DNA from: Selaginella moellendorffii
Taxonomy: Eukaryota > Plantae > Lycopodiophyta
NCBI RefSeq assembly: GCF_000143415.4
Contig: NW_003314277.1
Span: 1,202,652-1,266,651 of the forward strand
Reading direction: 5' to 3'
DNA: 64,000 nt
The translations under genes were made by a program, and so were the position numbers. Below the pieces are notes generated by a model, which did no database searches, was not told where the DNA came from, and saw only the letters and a list, made by a program, of their open reading frames with translations. Shown here one piece after another: positions 14,392-25,699 of this stretch (position 1 is its first letter; each line of letters starts with the position of its first letter).

Positions 14392-17300
14392 ATGCGGCTC
14401 AGGTATCTCGACGCGGATTTCTTCGACAGGGCCGCCGAGAATGCTACTCTTGCCTGCGCAAGATCGATCCTCCATGTCTGCGTTCTCCAGCTCCAAGATT
14501 TCGATCGGCAGCAGCAGCAGCAGCGATCGCAGCTACCGGAGATCGTCCTCGGGCAAGCACAGCAGCAAATCGATGAGAGGCCGCTGCCGGAGCTAGGCGC
14601 GTGCTTGGAATCACTCCGGCCGGGCCTCCGGGACAAGCTCTTGGAGAGTCTTCTCCCGTTCAAGCTGGAATGCCGGCCGATCTTGCCAGATCAAGTCCCC
14701 AGGGCGCCGCCGACGCTGCCGTGCTTGCCGATATTCGTGCTGGAAATCCCCGAGGTTGATTCTCCGGAAGAGGATTTCTCAATCCAAGAAGAGATTTTCA
14801 GCGCGCAGCGTGAGCTCCCGCTGGAAGAAGAAGAAGAAGGAGAATTGGCTGCCTTGGATCGCCAGGCCGCGGTTCTCCACATCGAGCCTGTGGAGTTCCA
14901 GCCGGTGGTGGTCTCTCGGAATTTCCCTTCTCGCGTTTCAAGGCAGATATTCGTTCTGGAGAGCGAGGAGGTGGATTTTCCAGATCTTTTCACGTCACTG
15001 GATGGCTCTGGGATGGAAGAACACAGTGAGGAGCTGGCTTGGGATCCACAGGCTTTAGCATCAGGTCTAGCTATCCAGCCAATCGATCTCGGGATTTTGG
15101 AGCAGCTGGTGGCACCACAGGTGTTCGAGAAGCTAGTTATCATCCCAGAGCTATCCCTGCCATACTTTCCATCTCTTGATCAGCAAGGACCGATAGAAGA
15201 ATCGCTGTTTGGGAGCTCGACTCTTGGGAAAGTTTCCATGCTGGAAACTAAGCAAGTTGATATCCCTGAGGCGGGACTAGAGGAACACACTGTCGCACAG
15301 ATGGTAGACTCATTGGTCATGCAGCACGTCCAGCTCGAGTTCCTGGACAACTATATAGTGACGCCACAATTGTATGAGAAGCTGGTGCTCGTTCCAGAGC
15401 TTTCTCTACGCTGCCATCTCGTCAAGCTTTTGCCGGTTCCAGCGCTCCACTCCAGCGACAGGGAGGAAAAGGTGGAAGAATTCATTTTTGGGACTCTGGC
15501 TTCTCTTGCCAAGTACTCTCAGCCGTCCGCCACGGACTTCATATATCTGGACTGGCATCTCTCCGAAAGCAACACTTGCAATGATCACCGGTGCTTCTAC
15601 TTCAGGAGCCGTCATCTCTGGGGTCTTGTGGAGAAAATCGCCACTGCTCCAGCTCCACATCAACCAGGCAAGGAGAGCAGTAGCGTCTCTCAAGACTCAA
15701 AACTGCCACCATTGGAATTTCCCACAGAGCCCATCGGTCCGGCTAGAGTCAGCGAAGCGCACGTTTCACTCGATCTAAAGGTGCCTCTACGTGATGCTAA
15801 GCGAACCGATGCTAAGCGGCGGAGTGGCAACTTTGGAGTTCCTGGTGCAAGGCTGCCGTCGAGTCAGACATGCACGGAGATCTTCGTGGTGAACAGCAGG
15901 CTCGTCAACAAGCACGGACTGATTTCCAGGAGGAGTACGTACCAGCGAATTCTTGCTGTTGAAAAGGGGGGAGCGCAGGTGGTGGAGAGGGAACTAAGGC
16001 TACCGATCGACGTCATTCTGAGTCCTACAAAGTGCCTCGTCTTTTACAGCCCGGAGAAGCTGTGCATGCATGAACAAGCGAACAGTGTGGAGGGCGTCTC
16101 GGCGTGCATCGAGAGCATTATCGACAATGATATGAAGGCCATCAGCTTTGCCTTCCAGCAATGCATCATGGTAAGCTCTTCAGTTTGCTCCCTCTTATAA
16201 CTGATATTGTATTCTCTGTCAGGTCTTTGAAGGTGACAGAAGATTCACGACTGCCGTCCTTCAAAATGTCGATGACGTCTACGCAGCAGCCGTTGGTCTC
16301 AGCATCCACGCCCAATGCTTCGTTTCCCGCGATCCGGCAAACACCGACTCGATCGTTTTGAGCTGCGTCAAGGAAGCTCAAACCAGCGCCACCTCTCGTA
16401 CGTTTCCTCGAATGACAGAGTCCCCCACTGTGGCGGAAGCATTTCTGACAGAGTCGCCGGCAATCAACCCGCTCACCGCTCACGCCATCCTATCTTCCGA
16501 GAAAACTCTCGCCGCCTTCATAGCAATGGCACCACCGGAACAGCTCGCAGCCGCGAAACCTTTCGCCATATCTTCCCAATCGCTGCAGCTCTTCAAATCC
16601 CAGTGCGAGTATGGACAAGTGGAGAGACGTGTGGGACGTGGACAAGAGAATCAGGACTTTATAGAGGGATATGGACGACAGGGTGCAGCCGAGCCTGTGG
16701 GACAGAAGGCTCCATCGTGCGGCTACAGACATGAATTCCAGTATTTTCCTCCCGCGGCCGAGCTGGACGAGGAATGGAACTCGGGGGACCATTTCACGTC
16801 GGTTCCATACTTTCCGCCCGCCGGGCAGCTAGACGAGGACTGGGACGAGTCGCCAGCAATTCCAGCGACGCACACCTTTGAAACGGTGGCTCTCGATGAC
16901 ATCGAAGGGCGAGAAGGCATTGTCAGCAAGAAGTGCACGGCTAGCGGCTTTGGCTTCTCCTCAAACAGGCGCCAATCTTCGTCGTCCACCTCCGTCAAGG
17001 ACGCTTTGAAGAGTTGGCTGAGCGCTCGCGAGCAAAGCAAGAAGAATCTCAAGAGACCCCCGCCGGCAGCGCCACCTCTGATGGTGCACGACGAAACTCC
17101 GACTCGTAGCACTTCGTCGAGGAAGAGAAAGGACGCTACTGCGAGTGTTCCTGCTGCTGCTGCTACAAAAGAAGGTGGTGGGGTTAAGAGGAAGAAGCCG
17201 AGCAACGACATCTTCACGCTGTGGGAGAACTTCAAGTACCGGAATCAGCCAGCTGCTACTCCGCTGCTCTCAACTTCCAGGAGCTTCAAGAGGCCCTCGA

Positions 17301-17425
17301 GCTCCATATTCTCTTCGTCGCCGGGACAGAACAACAGCTCCAGTTGCAGCGTCCAGCAGCAACACAAAGCAGGAGGGGGAGTAGCAGCGGGAGGAGGAAA
17401 GCGTGCAAAGCGAACCACGATTTGA
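14392..17425 (+). CDS. SHOC1: SHORTAGE IN CHIASMATA 1-like meiotic XPF-related protein (2 exons; intron 16171-16222)
   Basis: N-terminus MRLRYLDADFF; SATDFIYLDWHL; RRSTYQRILAVEKGGAQVVERELRLPIDVILSP; VFEGD...YAAAVGL; ESPTVAEAFLTESPAINPLTAHAILSS. Confidence 0.85.
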
Positions 17426-17964
17426 CAACTCGGAACAAAACTTTGGAAACCAGGTTCCAATCACCAGGTTCCCGGGATCTCTCTCTTTCTCTTCGTTTTA
17501 CACGTCACTCAACTGGATCAAAATGCAAATTCAATGCCAACTTCGTGTGCCAATTACAATGGGCATTAAAATCCATATGGAATTTAGAGAACCAGTAGTG
17601 GAGAAATCTCGAAAACTCTCATCCATCAACGAACACTGTGCCCTACGGATACAGATAGAATTTTCTCTTGCAATTGCAAAACGTAAGTTAGTATATAAAC
17701 ATAAGACTTCTAGTTTGCAAACTAGTAATAGCTTCAATACAAAATAGAAAAGGTAAAGATCAAACCCTAAAATGGAGAATCTTGTAAATATTCGACAAAG
17801 ATCTAAAATATTCGATAAAGGTCGAAAAGGTGGTAGATCTTTCAATCTTTGAAAAAGTATGGATTCCAAGTAGGTTGCTCATACTATGTCCGAGACTTCT
17901 AGCGCGATCTTCAAAACCTCTCGCTCCACGCCAAGTTCTCCCTCGTGTTGCTCTCGCGACCAAG

Positions 17965-18333
17965 ATGACAATCCCCCAGCGCTTCTTCTGGCTGCTGTGC
18001 TGCTGCTATCTCCACTGCTGCTGCTCTTGTTTCTCGTCACCCAATCTGTGCGACCAAGTCCGGGAGGAGTTCCAGCCCTGCCTCGTCTCGGCCTTCGACA
18101 TCCTGCCTCCACCGCCATCGCCAGAATGCTGCAGCGCACTCCGAGCTCTCACCCACGACGACGCCTGCGCTTGCACCACTTCCAAGCACGTCCGCTGGAG
18201 CCAGCTCGCCTCATCGCTTCTGTACGGCCAAAGCCCCCAGATGATCCCCAACTGGCCAGCCATCGACAAAATCCCCTTCCAGTGTGGCATCCCGTCCTCC
18301 CGTTTCACGTACCGCTGCAAGAGATCCCCATAG
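17965..18333 (+). CDS. Secreted eight-cysteine nsLTP-like protein, paralog of 10405-10821
   Basis: CDQVREEFQPC...PPSPECCSAL...ACAC...KIPFQC...RC aligns with CLQLREELVPC...PSAECCSAL...VCSC...RIPFQC. Confidence 0.75.
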   Translation: MTIPQRFFWLLCCCYLHCCCSCFSSPNLCDQVREEFQPCLVSAFDILPPPPSPECCSALRALTHDDACACTTSKHVRWSQLASSLLYGQSPQMIPNWPAIDKIPFQCGIPSSRFTYRCKRSP

Positions 18334-18789
18334 CCAAGGAACACTAGTTAGAATAACGAACTCGTCACGCAAATCAAAATCGCTTTGTTTTTCTTTACCA
18401 GACGCTTGGTACCGATCGGGTTGAAACAAAAAATCTCTCTTTTATACATATGAACAGACAGCCACATTTCCCTGCTGCCATCAGTCCAAAAAATTGTAAT
18501 TCGCAGAAAGAAATGTGAAGAAAAAAAAAAAGAGGTGCCTACATTGTCAAGCTCTCGGTTATTCACACTCGCGCAACAGCCTGGGCCTCTCCTTGACGTG
18601 AATCTTTTCGCGCACGTCCTTTCCCACCAGCTTCAAGTTCTTTATTCTGTAACAGCATTTTCAACCGCGTTAGAAACAAGCGCCGCAAACAGAAAGGGAA
18701 GAAGTAGCTCACCTAAGTCGACACAATGCCTACGTGAAGAAAGATTTTCTCCTCCCGTGCGCGCGAATGCTGTGAAGAAATCGTCCGTG

Positions 18790-21522
18790 CTATACAAATG
18801 CCCCCTGAATATCGGCCTGGAAAGACTGCTCGCTCATGTAGTGATCGAAGGCTTGGTTTCTGTTCGAGGAGAAGATACTGTCGCCATCGCCAGGTCTCAT
18901 GGAGTTCGGAACTCCCGTGCTACCCAATCCGATGCCACCTCTCTTGAACTTCGCCAAGGCCTCAGCGCTGTAACCCCCTACCCAGCTATTATCTACTGTC
19001 GAAACGGCCCTGTAGTTCCTCGCAGAACTTGGAGAATACGGAGAGAGTGGATTGTCGTACTGCCTCGCCAAAGCACCCACGTCGCCATGGTCTGTAGGAG
19101 GGAAAAACTGCCGAATGCCTGCTTTATGTTGAAGCCGCATCGTCCTAGAGATATCGTTCTGCAAAGGGCTTCGACCAACCGCCATAATCGCAGGATCAAT
19201 GAGATCGAATTCGTTGAGTCGGCCACCTATACAAGACATCCTGGATCGAGCATTGAGCAAATGAAAGGCGACATACCTGCAGGACTGGGGGGCATACTGC
19301 TAGAGCTCCTGAGAGAGAACCCCGGAGGAGGAACCGAAGTACCAGAGAATCCCGGCGGTGCAAACAACCGTGCCTTCATCGTAGAGGTATGCACTGAAAA
19401 CAAAAGAGAAGAAATAAGTGAAAACTACTGTAGCTCACATAGCTTACCAGGATCAGCAGACGATATCGACTGGCTTCTAGAGAGCAACGGTGCTTCCACG
19501 GGAAATCCACCCAGCGCACTCTCAAGAGCATGTTGATTGCTGGTCGACGGTTCGTAGCCTATGTCTTCCTGACGAGCGAAAGAAAAGCGTGACTGCTGCT
19601 TCCCATGAGGCTTCCAAGGAAGAGGAGACTCCAGAAAATCGTCAGCCGGCTTTGGTGTAGTTCTCCCGGTCAGGAAAAGCTTTGTCAAATCTCCTGGACT
19701 CGCACCGTCCTCACTGAAGTCCATGGTCAATATGTCAGCTATGATGTTACTTTCGGCAGGTTCGTTGCTCGTCGCTCGCGCAAGCTTTGGATCCAGAGAG
19801 CTTGAAGAACTGCTCGGCCTTGGAGTTTCTGTGTCTTGAACACCAAGGTCCAGTCTTTCTAACGCAGAGATCATGTTGCTCTCGGCACGAGGAGGGCTCA
19901 AAATCTCGGAGCATAGTGCATGTCCATTGGGAAGATCGGAGCCAAGACTGATACTCATCTCGCCGACGTTCAACTGAACCGGACTATCACTGGCTGCTTT
20001 CTCCTGAAAGGAGTCCCCATCATGCTGTGAATCCATAGATGATCGGTATGCATGAACAGGACTGGTGCTTTCTTGACTGGAGTCTGTTTGAGGTTCGACT
20101 TTCATGGTCTTTGCTGGTGTGTCTCGCATACCCCTGTCGAAGAATATTGTAAGTGGAAAAACAAAAAGTGGACGTCCTACCATGCAGCAGCTGGAGGAAG
20201 ATTAGTCAGCTTCGGCACAGGAGAACTAGCTGGCTTTGAGACTGGAACTTTGTTCGGAGTTTGTTGACTTTGTCCCATCTGGCAAGTTAAAAAACGTCGT
20301 GAAATGATGTACAAGCTTAAAACAAACAGAATGCATACCGCAGCTGAGCAGCTCCCTTCCGCAGGTGGCGGCAAGACTCCGGCGGCCCGATGAGGCGGCC
20401 TTGTAAGATCATTAAACTGGATCTTACTGGAAGAAGCTAAAAGTCAGTGCAAGCGAAAGATGGTCAGGATCGACACATACTTGCCATACTTTGCAATCAT
20501 CTCCTCCTTGGTATAGCTGTCCTCGTCGGGCCCCTCGTCATGCAAGTATAGACAATCCGGGTTGTTGCACGGCTTCACAAGGCGAGTCAGTAAGAGCAAT
20601 CGGAAAATTAAACGAGACTCACCAAATTCTTTAGCCACGAGTTACAATACTTGTTAGTCCCGAAACAAGCTCTGCAGCCAGAAACAAATTTATCAGTCGC
20701 GCATTACTATCTGATGATTGTAGTTCATACCTCAACAACTTTCCCTCAAAGATGCAACCATCTATAGCATTTATGCATTTCACTGCATCATCATCTCTGA
20801 CAAAAGTCACATACCTGACGAAGAATAACCTGTGTGAGTTCTCAAACACAAAAGCTGAACAAACGAAAACGTACACGCTTGCAGTGGGACCATTATGCGA
20901 ATGCTGCCTAGATACCGCAACCTTCAAAATCTTGCCATACTGCCCAAAAAAATCTCGCCTCTCCAGCATCTGCTTCACACGGCATGGCGTTACCAAGACG
21001 CGAAGAACAGAGAAACAAAGTGTCACCTCTTCATCAGCGAAGTTCACCGGAAAGCCGACAATGTAGACGAGATTACGCTGTACTACTCGTACATTGCTTA
21101 GATGCTTTCTTCCCTCCTGCGTCTTCGACTTGGCCTTGTGCGATTTCCTCTTGCTGGCTGTAAACTCGAGCCTTGCAATCACAAAGACGAGCAAAGAATC
21201 AGCCTTTTCCTCTCACAGCCTCATCTAAAGTCTAAAGTTCTTACTCGGAGCAGCTTAGCCGCGTCCCGACGACCTTGTCCTTGTCATATGGCGTTCGGCA
21301 TGCCGGGCACCGCCCTTCGGTGTTCTCCTTGGCCGCATTTTCCATCACCTGGTGCCAGCACCACACGCAAATCTGCGAAGCACACACACGGATTATCGAC
21401 AACGCTCCACCGATTTCTTCTTCCACAGCTCAAACCTGGTAGCCGCAGTGGCACGGCTTCAAGTGCCGGTCCGTAATATCCATCTCCTCCATGCACAGCG
21501 GGCAGTCCAAATCCTCCTCCAT
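18790..21522 (-). CDS. NOT4: CCR4-NOT subunit NOT4 E3 ligase (RING-RRM-C3H), multi-exon
   Basis: MEEDLDCPLCMEEMD...PCHCGYQICVWCWH...GRCPACRTPYDK; RKHLSNVRVVQRNLVYIVG; FFGQYGKILKV; PCNNPDCLYLH; QSRFSFARQE; PPPGF; DPAIMAVG. Confidence 0.93.
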
Positions 21523-22026
21523 CGCGACGAGCAAGCTGGAATTTCCGCGAGGAATTGCCGACGATTGCGTCGAAAAGCCCTAGGAGCCCGGCCCAAAACC
21601 CTACAGCTAGAGTGGATCTCCAAGCTCGCGCCGACTAGTCCACGACCTTTCGCGCATCCACCATCGCCGCGCCTAATCTCTCGCAGGCCACTCTTTCTTC
21701 TCAATCCCTAGCGCCTTGCCGTCCTCCTAGCGGAAAAAATAATCGTAGAAGCGGCGTTTCGAGGGCCGCGATCGTGCCACGTACGACCAACGCATCCCGG
21801 TCGTTGATACGGCGCTTAATGCTCCTATTTGGTTAGCATGCTAAAAAAAGGCAAAACGAAGAGAGAATCGGACAGGAATGATTCCGGTTATGAGTATATT
21901 CCTCTTTCAGACTTTGACACGAAGCGAATTGTTCCTGGAAGAACACGAGATCACAAGCCTGTGGCTTTCTTGTGAGAACTCTCGCATCGAAATCATAGAA
22001 GAACAAGATTAAACCTTACTTCTTTC

Positions 22027-23441
22027 TTACTTGGTTGGCAGTGTCGATCTCTTGGCACCGCATTCCGAGCAAAACTTTGCATCCGATCGACCATAAGGAA
22101 CGTCGCATTTGTCACACCTTTCTCCCGGAGTACATGGAGTCTTCTCGCAATCAAAAATTTCTCTCGTGAGTTCTCGCGGAAAGAAAGAAAAGAATCGGTA
22201 GAAACTCTCACAGTCGTGCACGGGAGCGACCACTTTTGTCGTCCTTTGGAACCGGAGCTGGAGCCCCCGACTTCCACTTCAACCTGTGCAAATCCATGAT
22301 CAAAGCTGAGAGGAGATGAAGGCGAGCACGAAGTTTAATCCAGATCTGTTTAGATTGTGCAAGCATTAGATGACAAGCTTCCAAAGTTCTCGGAGATAAA
22401 AGTACTTGCCTTCAATCTCGAAGCCCCAGAGGAAGATGGTCCAGCAGCCTGTTCTGGAAGAAACGTCCTTGTTTCAAGCAAAGGATTTAAAAAAGGGAAT
22501 GGACGAACGTACTTGCGCCACGTTGGACGAGTCCAGGTGGCAGGCGATTGGAGAGCGCCGCGGCAGTGAGCCCGGTTCCAGCTTTTTTGGCGGGGCGAAG
22601 GGCCGTACAGCTCTTTTGATGGTGCTTGAAAGCTTCCGGACGAAATTTTCGATCGCAGTGAGGGCATTGCTCCAAATTGCCTTCCCATTGCGCATAGGCC
22701 CTGCGAAACATTCATCCACAAAATCAGTAAGAACTTTGATCACGAAGAGGAAATAGGAAGAGCTCATTCTGAGGGGGGAGAGAGAGAGAGAGAGAGAGAT
22801 GGAAGAAAAGAATGATCTAGGAACGGATTGGAAGAGCTCACTCTGAGAGAGTGATGGAAGAAAGAATGATCTACATGGATTGGAAGAGCTCACACTGAGA
22901 AGAATGGAAATTCTCGACCAAGAGAGAGAAAAAGAATGAAATGGAATACTTCAAGGGAAGGGATTGGAAGAGAAGAATGGAAATTCTCGACAAAGGATGA
23001 GAGAGAATGAAATGAAATGTCTACGAAGGAATAGATTGGAAGAGCTCACTCTGAGTCTGAGAAGAATGGAAATTCTCGACAAAGAGAGAGAAATCTTTGA
23101 AGGAAAGAGAGAGAAAGAACTTGAGGATCAAGGCAAGAAATTTGGAATGGAGCTTACGCGTCGTTGAATGCATCCACATTGTAGCCTCCCGAGCTCGTCG
23201 CGATGGGAATCTCGGCGGGCGGCAGCGGCAATGGCCGGCGCTCCTTTGGCGGCTTGAGCTCCTCCTCAGCTAGCCATTTCTTCTGGCACTGCGGGATGTG
23301 GATCGGCAAACTGGCCACGAAATATCACCAAAGTCTCACAGCAAGATCGCGCGGCAGTGAGATCGAATCGAAGCTTTACCTCTTTGTTCCATACTCGCGG
23401 CCGCAGAGGTAGCACATCAGCATTTTGGGCCTGGCGGCCAT
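22027..23441 (-). CDS. C2HC zinc-finger protein (ZNF474/ZC2HC1-like) with C-terminal zinc ribbon
   Basis: MAARPKMLMCYLCGREYGTK|SLPIHIPQCQKKW; CPHCDRKFRPEAFKHHQKSC; CDKCDVPY...AKFCSECGAKR. Confidence 0.8.
22740..23110. repeat. Purine-rich degenerate minisatellite plus (GA)n inside a long intron of the C2HC gene
   Basis: Repeated ggattggaagagctcac, agaatggaaattctcgac and aagaatgatcta blocks; (GA)n at ~22778-22799. Confidence 0.75.
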
Positions 23442-23682
23442 GTTGCCGCCCACGGCGATGTCCATCGGGGGCGCGATCCAAGAATTCCTGCCGAGACGAG
23501 GGCGATCGCGGAGAAAATCGGTGGCATTCCACGGCGCGCGATCGATCGAGAGTGATCCAAAGAAAGGATAGAAACCCCAGAAACGCCCACTGCCACCACG
23601 GACAGTATAACGTTCTCACGGATGGCGTGGGGCAATTGTAGCGGTTGGATCACAAACTCTACGGCTAGAATTAAATCCTTTC

Positions 23683-24301
23683 TCATTGATCGGCGAGTGG
23701 ATTTGGTCTTACAATATCGAAATTGACCATCGCGCAAGCGAGGAGTTTGTTCTTGGGGTCTAACATCTCGAGCTTCAATCGATACGCTCCCTGCAAGAAA
23801 AAAAACTTTAGATACATAGTTTGTACGAAGATCTTCTTACCGATGGCGTGACCGATGGCAAGTTTTGGGAGCTCTTGAGCACAAAGTTTCCTGCTTCAAC
23901 TGGACAGCTTGTTTTCTGGCACAGATCGTAGATCTCCCTGCGCACAAAAATTCCATGGAAGTAGACTGTGATCGCAAGCTTTCCCGACGCCAATCTAGCA
24001 CCTGATGGAAAACTCACGCTCTTTAATATACATATACAGCTCTGAAGAAGAACTTAACTTGATGAACCAGTGACTTGGAACTCGACGTCTTCGCCAGTAA
24101 TCGCAGGATCTGGGACAACTTTCACATCTTGGAGAGTGATCCCACGAGGGCGATGATCTGCACGAAAACGAGGGAAACGAGTTAACAAAACCAAGGAAAA
24201 CTTAAAGACAACTCACCACAAGGTGTCCATGAGCTGCTCGCCGAGACAACCGAGAAGGAAAGAACAGCTAGAAGCAGTAAGCTCTGGAAAAACTTCTCCA
24301 T
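23683..24301 (-). CDS. ML (MD-2-related lipid recognition / NPC2-like) domain protein
   Basis: Signal peptide, WTPC, VKVVPDP, YDLCQKTSCPVEAGNFVL...LPSVTPSGAYRLKL...LLACAMVNF; 4 exons. Confidence 0.88.
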
Positions 24302-24403
24302 AGCTAGGTTTCACAAAGAGGACAAAGCCTTTTCGATTCATAAATAGGCAACTCAAAAGGAAAGCACAGAACCCTTTTTATCGTTTTTGCGAAACTTAAA
24401 AGC

Positions 24404-25086
24404 TTACGCTGCCGCGTCTAATCGTCGCCAAACGATCTGGAACTGGATGTTTGCACAGGCCAAAAGGCTGGAGCCCTGAACGATCTGCATTCTAATCTTG
24501 TACTTTCCCTGAGAGAGAGAAAGAAAGTTTGTGAGAGTGAGAGAGAAGATCTAAAGAACAAAAGAAAAAAAAATCCTGTGACTTACAGAGGGCGTAAATC
24601 CAGGGAGCGCTTGGGTGCTGTTCAAGACGAAATCACCAGCAGCAATTGGGCACTTTGTTTTCTCGCACAAATCGTCCACCTCTCGATGCACAGGGATGTT
24701 ATGCCATAGCACAGTGACAATCACAGTGCCGGACTTGATTGGAACACCTTGAAAAAGCAGTCAATTCGCAAAGAATCACGCAATAATCACTTGGAAAAGA
24801 AGCTTCGCAGAGAAAACCTACTCGTGCTCGCTGGAACAACGAATGCCGCATCCTGGCCGCTCACAACGGGATCCGGCAGGACCTCCACGTCCTTGATCTT
24901 GACGGGATAGCTCTTGTACTTGTCTGGAGGAAGAGAGCAAGGATTGTTATGCCCTAATTCGCCAAGCAGCTAGACAGGACGAGGGAATGCCACGCGCTTA
25001 CCGCATAACTCCCAGGAGCTCGCCACAGCCAGAGCCGCGGTGGCCGCCATGGCCAAGACGCACAAGAGATTTCCCGCCGAAGCCAT
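24404..25086 (-). CDS. ML/NPC2-like domain protein, tandem paralog
   Basis: Signal peptide, WELC, YPVKIKDVEVLPDPVVSG, DDLCEKTKCPIAAGDFVL...LPGFTPSGKY...LLACANIQF. Confidence 0.88.
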
Positions 25087-25699
25087 AAAAATGCCCCAAT
25101 TCAGAAACCATACATACCAATTTTATAATCCATGGGACTTTTGATAACACACAGCAACAGTGAGTATCTCTCACATATATATGAAGTGTTTAAAGTATCT
25201 TGAGCAACGCAGAACCATGTAAAGAGTATATGAATGAATGAATGATGAAACAGGCAAGGCTTGTATAACAATAAAACTCTGTTATCATTCATTCATTCAG
25301 TTTACAAGGTCTTGCAGCAAGAAGCATGAGACCGATAGGATTAAATATGTTGCAGTGACAATTACTTTAGGATCTAGTTTTCTGAAGATCAATACGAAGG
25401 CCAGCCACAAGGGACGAGGTGGACAACATAGATGCTGATGAGATTGGAGGACAAACAGGCATAGCGCCTAATCACTGAGCCTGGGAACCTCAGAGCATTC
25501 CGTTCTTGTATAACGAACTCAGTCTCTATTGCCTAGAAAACAAGCTCAAATTTATTAAGTGAAGAGAAGAAGTCTGCAGAAAGTCAGTCCTCCTTCAATC
25601 TCATCCTCCTCATCTCTTCTTCCAACGCTGTCAGTAAGAGCTTCTTGCGTCCCTAGCATGCAAATAATACCTCATATATTATTATGTTTGTTTATCTAA

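Noticed and set aside
18535-19536. 333-aa + strand ORF
   Set aside because: Antisense to NOT4 exons; no domain features
22964-23167. Glu/Arg-rich ORF
   Set aside because: Translation of a purine-rich intronic repeat on the antisense strand
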